64,000 bases of DNA from Lachnospiraceae bacterium (GCA_963594125.1 CAVBCV010000001.1:64746-128745), one strand, 5' to 3'; positions 40,386 through 49,455 are shown, numbered from the stretch's first letter. Notes: a model not told the origin generated them from the letters alone. Numbers and translations: made by a program.

Positions 40386-41057
40386 TTATTTGTTCTGCCA
40401 TATAAAATCAGTAAGCTTTTTTAAATTGCGGCGGGCGTATAAATCGGGCAGGTCAAACAAGGTTTTAAGCTCCGGTCGGTCTTTGTCGGAAACGGTTACG
40501 CCTTGTTGCAAACCTTTGCCGTATTCATCGCGCCAATTTAAGAGCGGCGCTACCGTAAAGCCTGAAAATTTGCCGGCGTTTTTGAGCTGTTGCAGATTTT
40601 CGGGCGAATAATTGTCATTGGGGCAAACAATCCAACGGAAAGAATTTTTTCCGGCGGCGGCGCGCTGTTTTTTGGCTTCCCAGATAAGAGTGGCAAACAG
40701 GCTGTTTTTAGCGGTTAAGTTTTGCAAAGCTTCCTCACTGCGGAGCATAGTGAGCACAATATCGGCAGATTGAAAATAGTCAGCGTCGGGCGAATCTAAA
40801 ATTATGGCGTCATATTGGTTGTTAAGTTCAGCCAACACGCCTTTTTTTAAGGAATAATATTGCGGAATCGGCAAATTATAATGCTCGCCCATGTTAAGAG
40901 TGTAACGTTTTGCGATAAACATGGCGAGCGGGCTGTTGTTAACATCATCAAGCACGGCGGTTTTATAATCTTTAGCGAGCATAACTGCTAAATGAGCGGC
41001 AAACAAGGTTTTGCCGGTTTGGGTGTTGGAGCTGTTAATAACAATAATCTGAGCCAT
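40386..41057 (-). CDS. mipZ: MipZ-like ParA/MinD-family ATPase homolog with a degenerate deviant Walker A motif.
   Basis: 223 aa. Collinear with Caulobacter MipZ: IIVINSSNTQTGKTLFAAHLAVMLAKDYKTAVLD aligns with [36 protein letters not shown], and SLFATLIWEAKKQRAAAG with SLYSLTVWEGRKQRALSG. The deviant Walker A K-GG is replaced by N-TQ. Confidence 0.6.
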   Translation of the reverse strand: MAQIIVINSSNTQTGKTLFAAHLAVMLAKDYKTAVLDDVNNSPLAMFIAKRYTLNMGEHYNLPIPQYYSLKKGVLAELNNQYDAIILDSPDADYFQSADIVLTMLRSEEALQNLTAKNSLFATLIWEAKKQRAAAGKNSFRWIVCPNDNYSPENLQQLKNAGKFSGFTVAPLLNWRDEYGKGLQQGVTVSDKDRPELKTLFDLPDLYARRNLKKLTDFIWQNK

Positions 41058-41059
41058 GG

Positions 41060-42238
41060 TTAATTCTGCGCATAAGCTGAGTTAGGTGTAAAAGTGGTTA
41101 CCATGCAGGCTTGATTGCCGCGTTTTAAGGCGGCGCAGGCGCGGGAAGCGTCGGCTTTGGCTAAACCGATGAGCTTGGAGCGATAAGCGGTTTTGCCGCC
41201 GGTGGTAACTTTTTCAATATGCGAGCCGCGCACGGCAAATTTTCCGGCAAGTTTGTTTTTAATTTTTTGCGCGTGAGCCTGAGCCTTGGCATAAGAGCCG
41301 AATGAGCCGATTTGAATTGCCCAGTTGCCGCCTTTTGAGGTTTTGGGGCTGTAAGATTTAGCGTTTGCGGTTTTAACCGGTTTGGCTTGCGGAGCGGCTT
41401 TGTCAATTTCAGTGTGCAGGCGGTTATAGTCAATTAAAGATGAAAGTTCCATATTGCCTAAAGCTTTGTCCATCATGGCATAAACTTTTTTGTCGCGGTC
41501 GGCGGAAAAATCGTGCCCCATGGTGACGGCGATAACACGATGATTGCCACGGCGGGCTGAGGTTACGATATTATAGCCGGAAGCGGCGGTATAGCCGGTT
41601 TTAAGACCGTCGGCGCCGTCAAAATCTTTTAACAGGTCATTGTGTGATTTGTAGGTGCGTCCTTCATATTCAAATTGAGGAATGGAAAACCAAGAGTAAT
41701 ATTGCGGAAAATGATGATACAGCGCCGCCGCTAAAATAGCCATGTCGCGAGCGGTGGTTTTTTGCTGAGAGTTAGGCAGTCCGGAAGCGTTTTTGAAGGT
41801 GGTATCCTTCATGCCGAGCTCATGGGCGGTTTCAGTCATTAATATGGCAAAAGATTTTTCGTCTTTGGCAAGGGACTCGCCCAAAACCGTGGCGCAATCA
41901 TTGGCAGATTTAATAATGGTGGCTAAAATGGCGGTGCGGACGTCAATGGTTTTGCCGGGGGTTAATCCTAAGCGTGAAGGCGAGCGATTGGCGGCGTTGC
42001 GAGATATTTTTAAGTTGTCATCAAGACTTAAAGTGCCGTTTTCAAGCGCGTTAAAGGTTATGTATAAAGTCATTAATTTGGTTAAAGAGGCAGGGTAGCG
42101 CAGAGCGTCAGCATTATCGGCATATAAAACGCTGCCGCTTTGAGCGTCAATTAAAATAGACGAAGTGGCGGCATGGGTTTTAACGGCGCTGAAGCTTAAA
42201 AGAGCCAAAGCAACAAAAAATAACTTTACGCATTTCAT
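41060..42238 (-). CDS. dacC: D-alanyl-D-alanine carboxypeptidase (PBP5/6 family) with a C-terminal SPOR domain.
   Basis: 392 aa. Signal peptide, SxxK motif SLTK, SxN motif SAND, and KTG. C-terminal SPOR-like segment WAIQIGSFGSYAKAQ. Confidence 0.85.
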   Translation of the reverse strand: MKCVKLFFVALALLSFSAVKTHAATSSILIDAQSGSVLYADNADALRYPASLTKLMTLYITFNALENGTLSLDDNLKISRNAANRSPSRLGLTPGKTIDVRTAILATIIKSANDCATVLGESLAKDEKSFAILMTETAHELGMKDTTFKNASGLPNSQQKTTARDMAILAAALYHHFPQYYSWFSIPQFEYEGRTYKSHNDLLKDFDGADGLKTGYTAASGYNIVTSARRGNHRVIAVTMGHDFSADRDKKVYAMMDKALGNMELSSLIDYNRLHTEIDKAAPQAKPVKTANAKSYSPKTSKGGNWAIQIGSFGSYAKAQAHAQKIKNKLAGKFAVRGSHIEKVTTGGKTAYRSKLIGLAKADASRACAALKRGNQACMVTTFTPNSAYAQN

Positions 42239-42408
42239 AATTTTTTATCTCTTGGTTTAATTGGTTAATTGTTTAGGTGTAAAATAAGGCTAAAAGTCAA
42301 ACAAAGAGTTAATGATTGCGAAAATTTTGTAATGTTTTGATAAATTTTTGAAAGCGGCGATAATTTTTATTGACTTTTATGGCGAATGTTAGTAAAAGAC
42401 CAGTTGAC

Positions 42409-42485
42409 GGCGGACGTAGCTCAGTTGGTAGAGCCCCGGTTTGTGGTACCGGTTGTCGTGAGTTCGAGCCTCATCGTCCGCCCCA
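42409..42485 (+). tRNA. tRNA-His (anticodon GTG) with an encoded G-1 and an encoded 3-prime CCA.
   Basis: Manual fold. The 8-bp acceptor stem includes G-1 pairing with the discriminator C. D stem GCTC/GAGC. Anticodon stem CCGGT/ACCGG with loop TTGTGGT. T stem GTGAG/CTCAT with loop TTCGAGC. Confidence 0.9.
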
Positions 42486-42492
42486 ATAAATA

Positions 42493-42516
42493 AGCCGCCG
42501 CAAGGCGGTTTTTGTG
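42493..42516. terminator. Bidirectional terminator after tRNA-His. It also ends the convergent phosphoesterase gene.
   Basis: CCGCC-GCAA-GGCGG hairpin followed by TTTTT. Confidence 0.7.
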
Positions 42517-42529
42517 TTTTAAAATTCTG

Positions 42530-43690
42530 TTATTCTGGTTTGATGTTAATGACGACAAATTCTGATTTGGTGCCGGTTTTGAATTTGATAGCCCAGTCCG
42601 AAATGCCGGAAGTAACGATAAAATCGGTTAACAGGCGGCGTTCATAACCATAAGTGCGGTCGTTGGCGCCAATCCATTCGCCAACTTTATTGAGCGGCCA
42701 TAATTGTCCGCCGTGCGTGTGTCCGGAAAGCACTAAATCAGCGCCGGATTGAGCTTGATTTTGGTAATCAGCCGGTTGATGATCCATAACAATTATAAAT
42801 TTGCTTTTATCAAGACCTTGGGTTAACTTTTGCATGGAAAGACGAGAGCCGCCGCGCTGCAGTTCGGATAAATCGTTGCGACCGACGATGTAAACGGCGT
42901 TGTTAAGAATAATGGTTTCGTCTTGCAAAACTCTGACGCCGTTCTTTTTAAGCTCGTTAATTAAATCAGCGCCGGTAAAGCCGCGAATTGCCGGATTGTG
43001 ATAACCTTTATCATGGTTGCCGAACGCAAAATATACACCGTATCGGGTTTTAAGGGTGCCAAGCGCTTGGCTGGCGGCAATCATTTCAGCCCGCGAGGTG
43101 TCGTCATCAACAAAATCGCCAGTAATCAGCACCACATCAGGGTTTTGTTGCTGCATGGCTTGCAAGTGTTTAACAAAACCTTTGCTGTTAAAGGTGGTGC
43201 CGATATGCGAATCGGCAAAATGCACGATTTTTAGGGGCGGAATTTGCTTAGAGGTGGTTAAGGTGTAGTCCGTTTGCCAAACATGATGGTCTAAATACCA
43301 ACCGCAAAGCAGAGTTGAAACGCTTAATAGAACCGCCAAATATCCGGCGTAATAGCGCTTAAAGGTGAGTTTACCGGTGCGCCTGATAAGGTAAAATAAT
43401 ATATCGGAGATAAACCAAAAGCCCGCAAAATAAATCAGGCAGACAACCGCGTTCATGAGGTTTAAGCACAAAGTCAGCCCGCCAAAGCACAGGGCGATAA
43501 TTGCAAAACCCAATAGCAGGCGGCGTTTTGACTTAAACGGGGCGATTTTTTCGGCAAAATTAAATTTAACCACGCGCGAGCTTAAATAAAGCAGGCAGGC
43601 GGCGGTGCTGATGATTAAAACAACAAAAATTATGTACCACATTAACATAAGCGTTTCCCTTTCAATATTAATGTAATATTTAGAGCGCAC
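42530..43690 (-). CDS. Membrane-anchored metallophosphoesterase (calcineurin-like).
   Basis: 386 aa. 3-4 N-terminal TM segments, then HFADSHIG, GDFVDD, GNHD and GHTHGG motifs. Confidence 0.8.
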   Translation of the reverse strand: MRSKYYINIERETLMLMWYIIFVVLIISTAACLLYLSSRVVKFNFAEKIAPFKSKRRLLLGFAIIALCFGGLTLCLNLMNAVVCLIYFAGFWFISDILFYLIRRTGKLTFKRYYAGYLAVLLSVSTLLCGWYLDHHVWQTDYTLTTSKQIPPLKIVHFADSHIGTTFNSKGFVKHLQAMQQQNPDVVLITGDFVDDDTSRAEMIAASQALGTLKTRYGVYFAFGNHDKGYHNPAIRGFTGADLINELKKNGVRVLQDETIILNNAVYIVGRNDLSELQRGGSRLSMQKLTQGLDKSKFIIVMDHQPADYQNQAQSGADLVLSGHTHGGQLWPLNKVGEWIGANDRTYGYERRLLTDFIVTSGISDWAIKFKTGTKSEFVVINIKPE

Positions 43691-44155
43691 TCTAAGTCAA
43701 GAGTTTTTTTGCTTGAAAAATGTTAGTTTAAGAATGTAACCATGATGAAAGATAAATTCCCTTATACCGTTTGGTGTGAGGGAATTTTTCGTTTTAAAAT
43801 AAAAAAAGGGAGGTACCTCACGGCAGCTCCCTAAAAAACAATGGCGATCCTTCTCAAACGAGAGAATCCATTTTACTATGCAAAGATAAAGGAGAAACAA
43901 GCGCATTTCACAACGAACTTGTTCCTAAATATCATAAAATTTATGGCAAAACATCTTTGAAGAGGCACGGGTCAATCATGGAAAAAACAGCGTGCGTACA
44001 AAGTGTGTTATATTCTAAATTAAAAAAAATTATCATAAAAATCTTAAATTAAGCGGAAGATAAGCCTAAAAAAATATTTTGTCAATATTTTTTGTAAAAT
44101 TTTTTCTTGAAAGAAGAATTTTAAAGCTTATCTCACGGATATAAGGAGAAATTTT

Positions 44156-44758
44156 ATGGAAAAATGTTTTTTACATGCGCTTGCCATGCGGCGCTCTGTG
44201 TATGGTTTAAGTAATAAAATTGCGCTTTCGGATGACGAGTTGCGGCAAAATTTGGCGGAAGTTATTAAAAATGTGCCGAGCGCGTACAATGTGCAATCGG
44301 CGCGAGTCGTTCTTTTGCTTGACGAGCAACATCAAAAATTGTGGCAGATTGCGCGGGATAGTTTGTATCCTCTGGTGCCGCCGGAAAAATGGTCGGCGAC
44401 GGAAAGCAAAATTAAAGAATCGTTTGCGGCGGGGTATGGCACAATTTTATTTTTTGAAGAAACAAAAGCTTTGGAAGATATGCAAAACAAGTTTCCGCTT
44501 TATAAAGATAATTTCAGCATTTGGGCGGAACAGGCAAACGGCATGTTGCAATACGCGGTGTGGACGATGTTAGCCACTGCCGGAATTGGGGCGAGTTTGC
44601 AGCATTATAATCCGCTGATTGATGAAAAAGTTAAGCAAACCTGGAATTTGCCGGAATTTTGGCAGTTAAAAGCGCAAATGCCGTTTGGGGAGATAAAAAC
44701 CCCGCCAGCGGATAAAACTTTTGTGCCGATTGCGGAAAGATTTAAGGTTTTTGCCTGA
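44156..44758 (+). CDS. Nitroreductase-family protein.
   Basis: 200 aa. N-terminal RRSVYGLS ... PSAYNVQSARVVLL pattern typical of the FMN nitroreductase fold. Strong AAGGAG RBS. Confidence 0.65.
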   Translation: MEKCFLHALAMRRSVYGLSNKIALSDDELRQNLAEVIKNVPSAYNVQSARVVLLLDEQHQKLWQIARDSLYPLVPPEKWSATESKIKESFAAGYGTILFFEETKALEDMQNKFPLYKDNFSIWAEQANGMLQYAVWTMLATAGIGASLQHYNPLIDEKVKQTWNLPEFWQLKAQMPFGEIKTPPADKTFVPIAERFKVFA

Positions 44759-44950
44759 AACAGAGCAGAAAAATTTAAAAACTCCGGCGGTTTTTAATTA
44801 AATTTTTACTTCGCAAGGCTAAAAATATATCTGAAGTATAGTATGTTACAAAAATGTGAAGATTTTGCCATAATCGGCGGAATATCTGGATTTTTGGTGC
44901 TTTTTGTGCTACGATACAAAATATATTAAGTAGGCGTGCGAGGTAAAACT

Positions 44951-45745
44951 ATGTATTTGTGGGTTGTAATAGCAACGTTTATTACCATCTTACTGTCATA
45001 TAATTTGTCAGTAAGACCGGATATGGATAGGGCTTATGCGGAAACAAGAGCCAGTGTTGCTATTGCCAAATTCAGAGCATTGCACAACGGGGTCAGAGAT
45101 TATTTAATTTCAAGAGCGCCGCAACTGACGGGGCTGACCAGAGTTGATTTTTATCCCGGTGACGGCGTTAATATTTCAAAAACCGACGGCGACGGTTCGC
45201 AATACAAGGTTTTAACTTATGATCTGATTAAAGATTATCTGCCGATTGGCTATGCGCAGGAAGGAAAAACCTTAGATGACGTTGCCAACATTACCGGCGG
45301 CGGCAAAATTGTGAGCAAGGTTTTTTGCTTTGCCGACGCGAATACTGACGCGCAATGCGTTTCAGGCGTTGACGGCAGTTGCTGCCATATTTCCGCTGAC
45401 GGCGCAACCGGCGCTAAAATATACGTTGTTACATTTACGCAAATGCCTACAAGATGGATTAATAAAGTTTCAAATTTGCCGAATGCCGACATGATGGCGG
45501 CAATGGCTCATGTGCATGGTTACGGACGCCTTTTCGGCTACACTGAAACCAGAGGCGGCAAGTTGCTTTTGAGCGGCGGTAAACTTGTGCAAAATTATGA
45601 TGATTACGGCAACCCGATAGGCGCTGAAAAACTTGAGCGTTTGGAAATTTATAAAGCGATTAAAAACGATGCCGATTTTCAAAAATCAGGTTGTAACAAA
45701 GAAAATGTTCACTGCTTGTTTGAAATAGAGCAAATTTACGGTTAG
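44951..45745 (+). CDS. Hypothetical membrane-anchored protein with a pilin-like N-terminal helix and a C-terminal Cys pair. It has no recognisable prepilin cleavage motif.
   Basis: Start moved to the ATG at 44951 (GAGG RBS). The track start is a GTG. N-terminus MYLWVVIATFITILLSYNLSV, followed by an amphipathic helix (RPDMDRAYAETRASVAIAKFRALHNGVRDYL) that resembles pilin alpha1-C. C-terminal C-x6-C (GCNKENVHC). Confidence 0.5.
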   Translation: MYLWVVIATFITILLSYNLSVRPDMDRAYAETRASVAIAKFRALHNGVRDYLISRAPQLTGLTRVDFYPGDGVNISKTDGDGSQYKVLTYDLIKDYLPIGYAQEGKTLDDVANITGGGKIVSKVFCFADANTDAQCVSGVDGSCCHISADGATGAKIYVVTFTQMPTRWINKVSNLPNADMMAAMAHVHGYGRLFGYTETRGGKLLLSGGKLVQNYDDYGNPIGAEKLERLEIYKAIKNDADFQKSGCNKENVHCLFEIEQIYG

Positions 45746-45755
45746 GAGAAAACAG

Positions 45756-48700
45756 ATGAAAACGCAATATAAAAACTTTATCAGTAAAGTTAACCAGACC
45801 GGCAGCCTTATGATTGAGGCGATGGCAATGTTGGCGTTAATTTCATTGGTTACGCCAACCCTTTACAAAAAATCGGCGGAAAGAACCACTGAATTGCAGG
45901 ATATTAACACCGCAACTCATGTGCGCACCATTATGAAGGCGGTTGACAACTATGTTACCGCTAACTACCAGAGTTTGCTTGATACCAAGCTGCGCACTGA
46001 CGGTTCAGTTTATGAAATTGATTTGAATGATGACAGTTCGGAAGACAGTATTCATGACTTTTTCCCGTATGGTTATAAGTTTGATGACTTAAAGAACTTC
46101 GGTATGCCGAAAGTTATGTTGAAAAGACAAGGATTTTCAATTACGTCATTTGTACAGCTGCCTAAAAAGACCGACATCGGCGAGATGCGCGCCGCGCGTA
46201 TTGCCTCAATGATTGGTAGTAACGGCGGTTATGTTAACAGCGACAAAAACGCGCTTGGCGTTGGTGGCGTGTGGAGCTTGAATCAGGCTGATTTGACCTC
46301 ATTGGGTTTTGATACCAATAAAGGTTCAGTGGTTGTGGCTTCATCAGACGCTATTAACTCGGCATCAACCGGTGCGCTTGAAAATGATAAATACTTGCAA
46401 AGAACTCCGGTAGACAGACCGGATCAGCTGTGGCGCAATACCATGATTACCGACCTTTACATGGGCGGTGTTACCGGTGTTGACGATATGTATAAAATTT
46501 TGGGTGTTGACCAGTTGATTATGGGTAGTGCTGAAAAAGCTACCTATCAGGATAGGGAAACCTTGGTTTTGACTGAAGATGCTCAAGGCGGTGGTTCTGC
46601 TTGGATGGCGGGCACGTTGTCAGCTTTAAGCGACGCGTTTAAGGTTAATGGCACTTCTGATGAGCCAATTTTGACCTTTGCTGATGCTGATGGCACGATT
46701 ATGTCAGCGGATTCGCACCTTTTTAATGTATTCCCTACTGCCGATGGCGGTGTTGGACTTGAGATTAATGGGGATAATTCCAGTGTTGTTACCGATTATG
46801 CCACCACGATTAATAATGATTTAACGGCAACCGGCGATACCTTAGTGGCAAGCGGAGGAACCGATACCTCATTTAAGGCAGGTCCGGACGGACGTTATAT
46901 TACAGCTGACGCCTCAAAAGTTTTGTTGCAAAACGGGCAAGTTGAAATTTTGGATGATGACGGCAGCGGCGCGGTAACCAATATTAAGGGCAGAGCTAAT
47001 ATTACCGGCGCGACTACGGTTGGCACCAAAGCTACAGATGCCACGGATGGCGATATGGAGGGCATACATAACAATTATCAGCTTAAAGTTTACGGTACCG
47101 GTAATGCTTATGTGGCAAATGACTTGGTTGTCGGCAACACTTTATATACTAAAAAGTTTAATACTGCGGAACTCCATGCCGGCGGCGAATTGTTGGCGAA
47201 CGATAATGCTCGTTGGTTGCATGCAACCACAAACGGCGTTAAAGTTACTGACCCGACCGATTCTGCTAATGTCAAAACCCGCATGGAAATTACGCAAGAT
47301 ACGACCGCTTTATATAATAGAGAGGGGTCTAATTCTTTAACCGGCGGTGAGATGGTGTTGGGGGCGAGCGGTTCCCGTTTAACCGGTAACGATATGGTTG
47401 AACTTTATACCACTGATGATAACGGAGAAGTTCAGTTACAAGATAAAGCTTTGGTTATCAGAGGCAAAACCGAAACAAGCGGCGGCAGAAACGCGATTAT
47501 CAGCGCAGATGCCGACACGATAGATTTTAACGCTAACTATACCTCAGTTAATGACGGTGTATTTCGGGTTAGACGTGAAGATAATGCTGCCGGTATGCAG
47601 GACAGCTTGTATGTGAACCCGAATGAAAATACTAACCAAGGTTTGGTTTTGGCAGAGGCTAACCGCACCACGGTTAGACCGCGAGGCAATGATGGTATTT
47701 TTGATGTTCAGGATGAGGATGGTAAACGAGTTTTGAACGTTATGCCGAACGGGCTTAATGGCGAAACAGTGAATGTAGGATATAACTCATATACTCGTCC
47801 GATTGGTACGGTTGATGTGGATAAAGAAAGTGTCAGCTTCTCAGATGTAACCGGTGGTTCGGCTTATCGGGTTGTTGAAGTTGATCTTGATAGGTCATTG
47901 GCGCAAAAAACAGATGATAGCAATCCGACCAGAGGCAGCGTTTATATTCGTCGCGGCGCGGTTGAATTAGAATCGCCAAGCGGAGCCGGATATGAGGCTG
48001 ATGCCGGTTATGGCTATATTGAAGCCGGTCGTTTTGTGGCTAACACTAAATATGATGGCACGAAAATTGATAATCCGTCGGATGCTTATCCGAGTGATTA
48101 TACAAAAGGCTGGAATACATCAGACAGAGTTGCCTATGATCGTTATATGGTTAATCCGGCTTATACCTCAGTTATGCATGATATTAAGCTCACGACCCGC
48201 GGCGGCGCGCGTTTAAGCGATATTTTGCCTGACTTTATTAATAAAGGTATTTATGTGGTGAACAATACTTATAAAGATACCGGTTTCAGTCTTGATAGCA
48301 TTACGGCAACAGTTAATAATGGCGGTCAAATTTCGGTAAGCGCAGGCGCGGGCGCGGATGTTACAGAAGTTCCTGGTGGCTCTTTATCTGGTGCAGATCA
48401 ATGGGCGTCACCGTTTTTGGGCGTGGTGCCGGCGCCGTTATGTCCTCCGGGGCATGCCCGCGTGATTACGATTACGCCGGCAGGTTTTCAGATGTCACAA
48501 GCCGGACAAATGGTTAAAAGAGAGCATTATGTTGGGGCTGGAAAAACTGGCGCTGGTAACCGCTTTGTGGTTGATGAAAGAGCAAACTTGGAGGAATTAG
48601 GACAAGTTAAAATAAATATGGCTGATGATACGCAAACAATTAGCGGCGCGCAGTATTATCATAATACGATTACGGATTCCGCCAATAACACTCGTGACCT

Positions 48701-49211
48701 TTATTACTTAGGTCACGCGAATGAGCCTACATTAACTAAGACAAATAATGATCCGTATTCACCGCAGCCGCTTTATTTCCAACAAAGCACCTGGCTGAAG
48801 AGTAAAGTACAGCCGCAGGCTAATGGCGCAAAGGGTTCATGTAATAATACTTTGGGCAGTGGCGAAGGTTGTACAAACTTTGTAGGTTGGTCGGCAATTA
48901 TGGGCTTTATTTATCCGGCAAGTTTGTATGAAAATATTATCAGCGCGGTTGTAGGAAATCCTCCTAAGGATGAAGATGTTTACTGGAACGTCTTTCCGGT
49001 TAAAGCCAAAACGTTGGAGGCGTACGCTACGGTTTATTGTTACTTTGATAGGACTAACTTGTATGTTCTGCCAGGTGAAAAAGGTCTACAACCTGAGTAT
49101 ACCGATCAGTATGATCAGTTAAACTCATTCAGAACAGGTCGTACAAAACCGAATAGTACTTATACCGACAGATTGGATGACCCGACCTTGAAATATAAAG
49201 AACCGTGGTAA
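45756..49211 (+). CDS. Giant (1151 aa) type IV pilin-like protein with a class III (prepilin) signal peptide. Putative modular pilin or adhesin.
   Basis: Strong AGGAG RBS. N-terminus MKTQYKNFISKVNQTG|SLMIEAMAMLALISLVTPTLY has G at -1 and E at +5 and a hydrophobic alpha1-N, followed by a pilin-like amphipathic segment (YKKSAERTTELQDINTATHVRTIMKAVDNYVTANY). The remaining roughly 1050 residues are G/T/D/N-rich and beta-rich, with Cys residues only near the C-terminus. A terminator follows. Confidence 0.6.
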   Translation: MKTQYKNFISKVNQTGSLMIEAMAMLALISLVTPTLYKKSAERTTELQDINTATHVRTIMKAVDNYVTANYQSLLDTKLRTDGSVYEIDLNDDSSEDSIHDFFPYGYKFDDLKNFGMPKVMLKRQGFSITSFVQLPKKTDIGEMRAARIASMIGSNGGYVNSDKNALGVGGVWSLNQADLTSLGFDTNKGSVVVASSDAINSASTGALENDKYLQRTPVDRPDQLWRNTMITDLYMGGVTGVDDMYKILGVDQLIMGSAEKATYQDRETLVLTEDAQGGGSAWMAGTLSALSDAFKVNGTSDEPILTFADADGTIMSADSHLFNVFPTADGGVGLEINGDNSSVVTDYATTINNDLTATGDTLVASGGTDTSFKAGPDGRYITADASKVLLQNGQVEILDDDGSGAVTNIKGRANITGATTVGTKATDATDGDMEGIHNNYQLKVYGTGNAYVANDLVVGNTLYTKKFNTAELHAGGELLANDNARWLHATTNGVKVTDPTDSANVKTRMEITQDTTALYNREGSNSLTGGEMVLGASGSRLTGNDMVELYTTDDNGEVQLQDKALVIRGKTETSGGRNAIISADADTIDFNANYTSVNDGVFRVRREDNAAGMQDSLYVNPNENTNQGLVLAEANRTTVRPRGNDGIFDVQDEDGKRVLNVMPNGLNGETVNVGYNSYTRPIGTVDVDKESVSFSDVTGGSAYRVVEVDLDRSLAQKTDDSNPTRGSVYIRRGAVELESPSGAGYEADAGYGYIEAGRFVANTKYDGTKIDNPSDAYPSDYTKGWNTSDRVAYDRYMVNPAYTSVMHDIKLTTRGGARLSDILPDFINKGIYVVNNTYKDTGFSLDSITATVNNGGQISVSAGAGADVTEVPGGSLSGADQWASPFLGVVPAPLCPPGHARVITITPAGFQMSQAGQMVKREHYVGAGKTGAGNRFVVDERANLEELGQVKINMADDTQTISGAQYYHNTITDSANNTRDLYYLGHANEPTLTKTNNDPYSPQPLYFQQSTWLKSKVQPQANGAKGSCNNTLGSGEGCTNFVGWSAIMGFIYPASLYENIISAVVGNPPKDEDVYWNVFPVKAKTLEAYATVYCYFDRTNLYVLPGEKGLQPEYTDQYDQLNSFRTGRTKPNSTYTDRLDDPTLKYKEPW

Positions 49212-49228
49212 TCGGCACACAAAAGCCA

Positions 49229-49260
49229 AACAGCCTCTGATTAAATCAGAGGCTGTTTTT
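49229..49260 (+). terminator. Rho-independent terminator after the giant pilin-like gene.
   Basis: CAGCCTCTGA-TTAAA-TCAGAGGCTG (10-bp stem) followed by TTTTT. Confidence 0.85.
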
Positions 49261-49383
49261 GAATATATAAATACAAAAAATCAAAAGCATATCGTTAATA
49301 TAATCTAGATTAGACTAATTTAGATTATATTATGAGAGGAAAATAGAAAATTTTATTGTAGAAGACTATTTGTTATTTAAATA

Positions 49384-49455
49384 AAAAAACAGGAAACCTT
49401 ACGAACTATTTACGAGGAACATTCAGAACCCCATCCGCAAGGATTTACTCCTGTT
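49384..49455 (-). terminator. Long-stem rho-independent terminator downstream of proS (minus strand).
   Basis: On the minus strand, AACAGGAG ... TTCCTGTT encloses a structured loop and is followed by a T7 run. Confidence 0.55.

Noticed and set aside
43742-43834. A 30-codon plus-strand mini-ORF (MMKDKFPYTVWCEGIFRFKIKKGRYLTAAP) that spans the terminator-like hairpin. I considered it as a leader peptide for an attenuator.
   Set aside because: It is 320 nt from the next plus-strand gene. It is not enriched for any one amino acid and has no RBS. This is not enough support.
43697-43906. The 69-aa minus-strand ORF in the phosphoesterase-nitroreductase spacer.
   Set aside because: No RBS and no motif. 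It overlaps the hairpin structures. It is more likely non-coding, and the region is reported instead as a possible sRNA or leader.
45756-49211. Calling the 1151-aa protein an RTX or haemolysin-type calcium-binding repeat protein.
   Set aside because: There are no tandem GGxGxDxUx nonapeptides. The Gly/Asp-rich segments are irregular. The N-terminal G-1/E+5 prepilin signature is the stronger, sequence-level feature.
49296-49332. The 37-bp palindrome as a XerCD dif site.
   Set aside because: It does not match the conserved dif core (ATAATGTATATTATG-type). Also, dif should be near the terminus, whereas this window appears origin-proximal.
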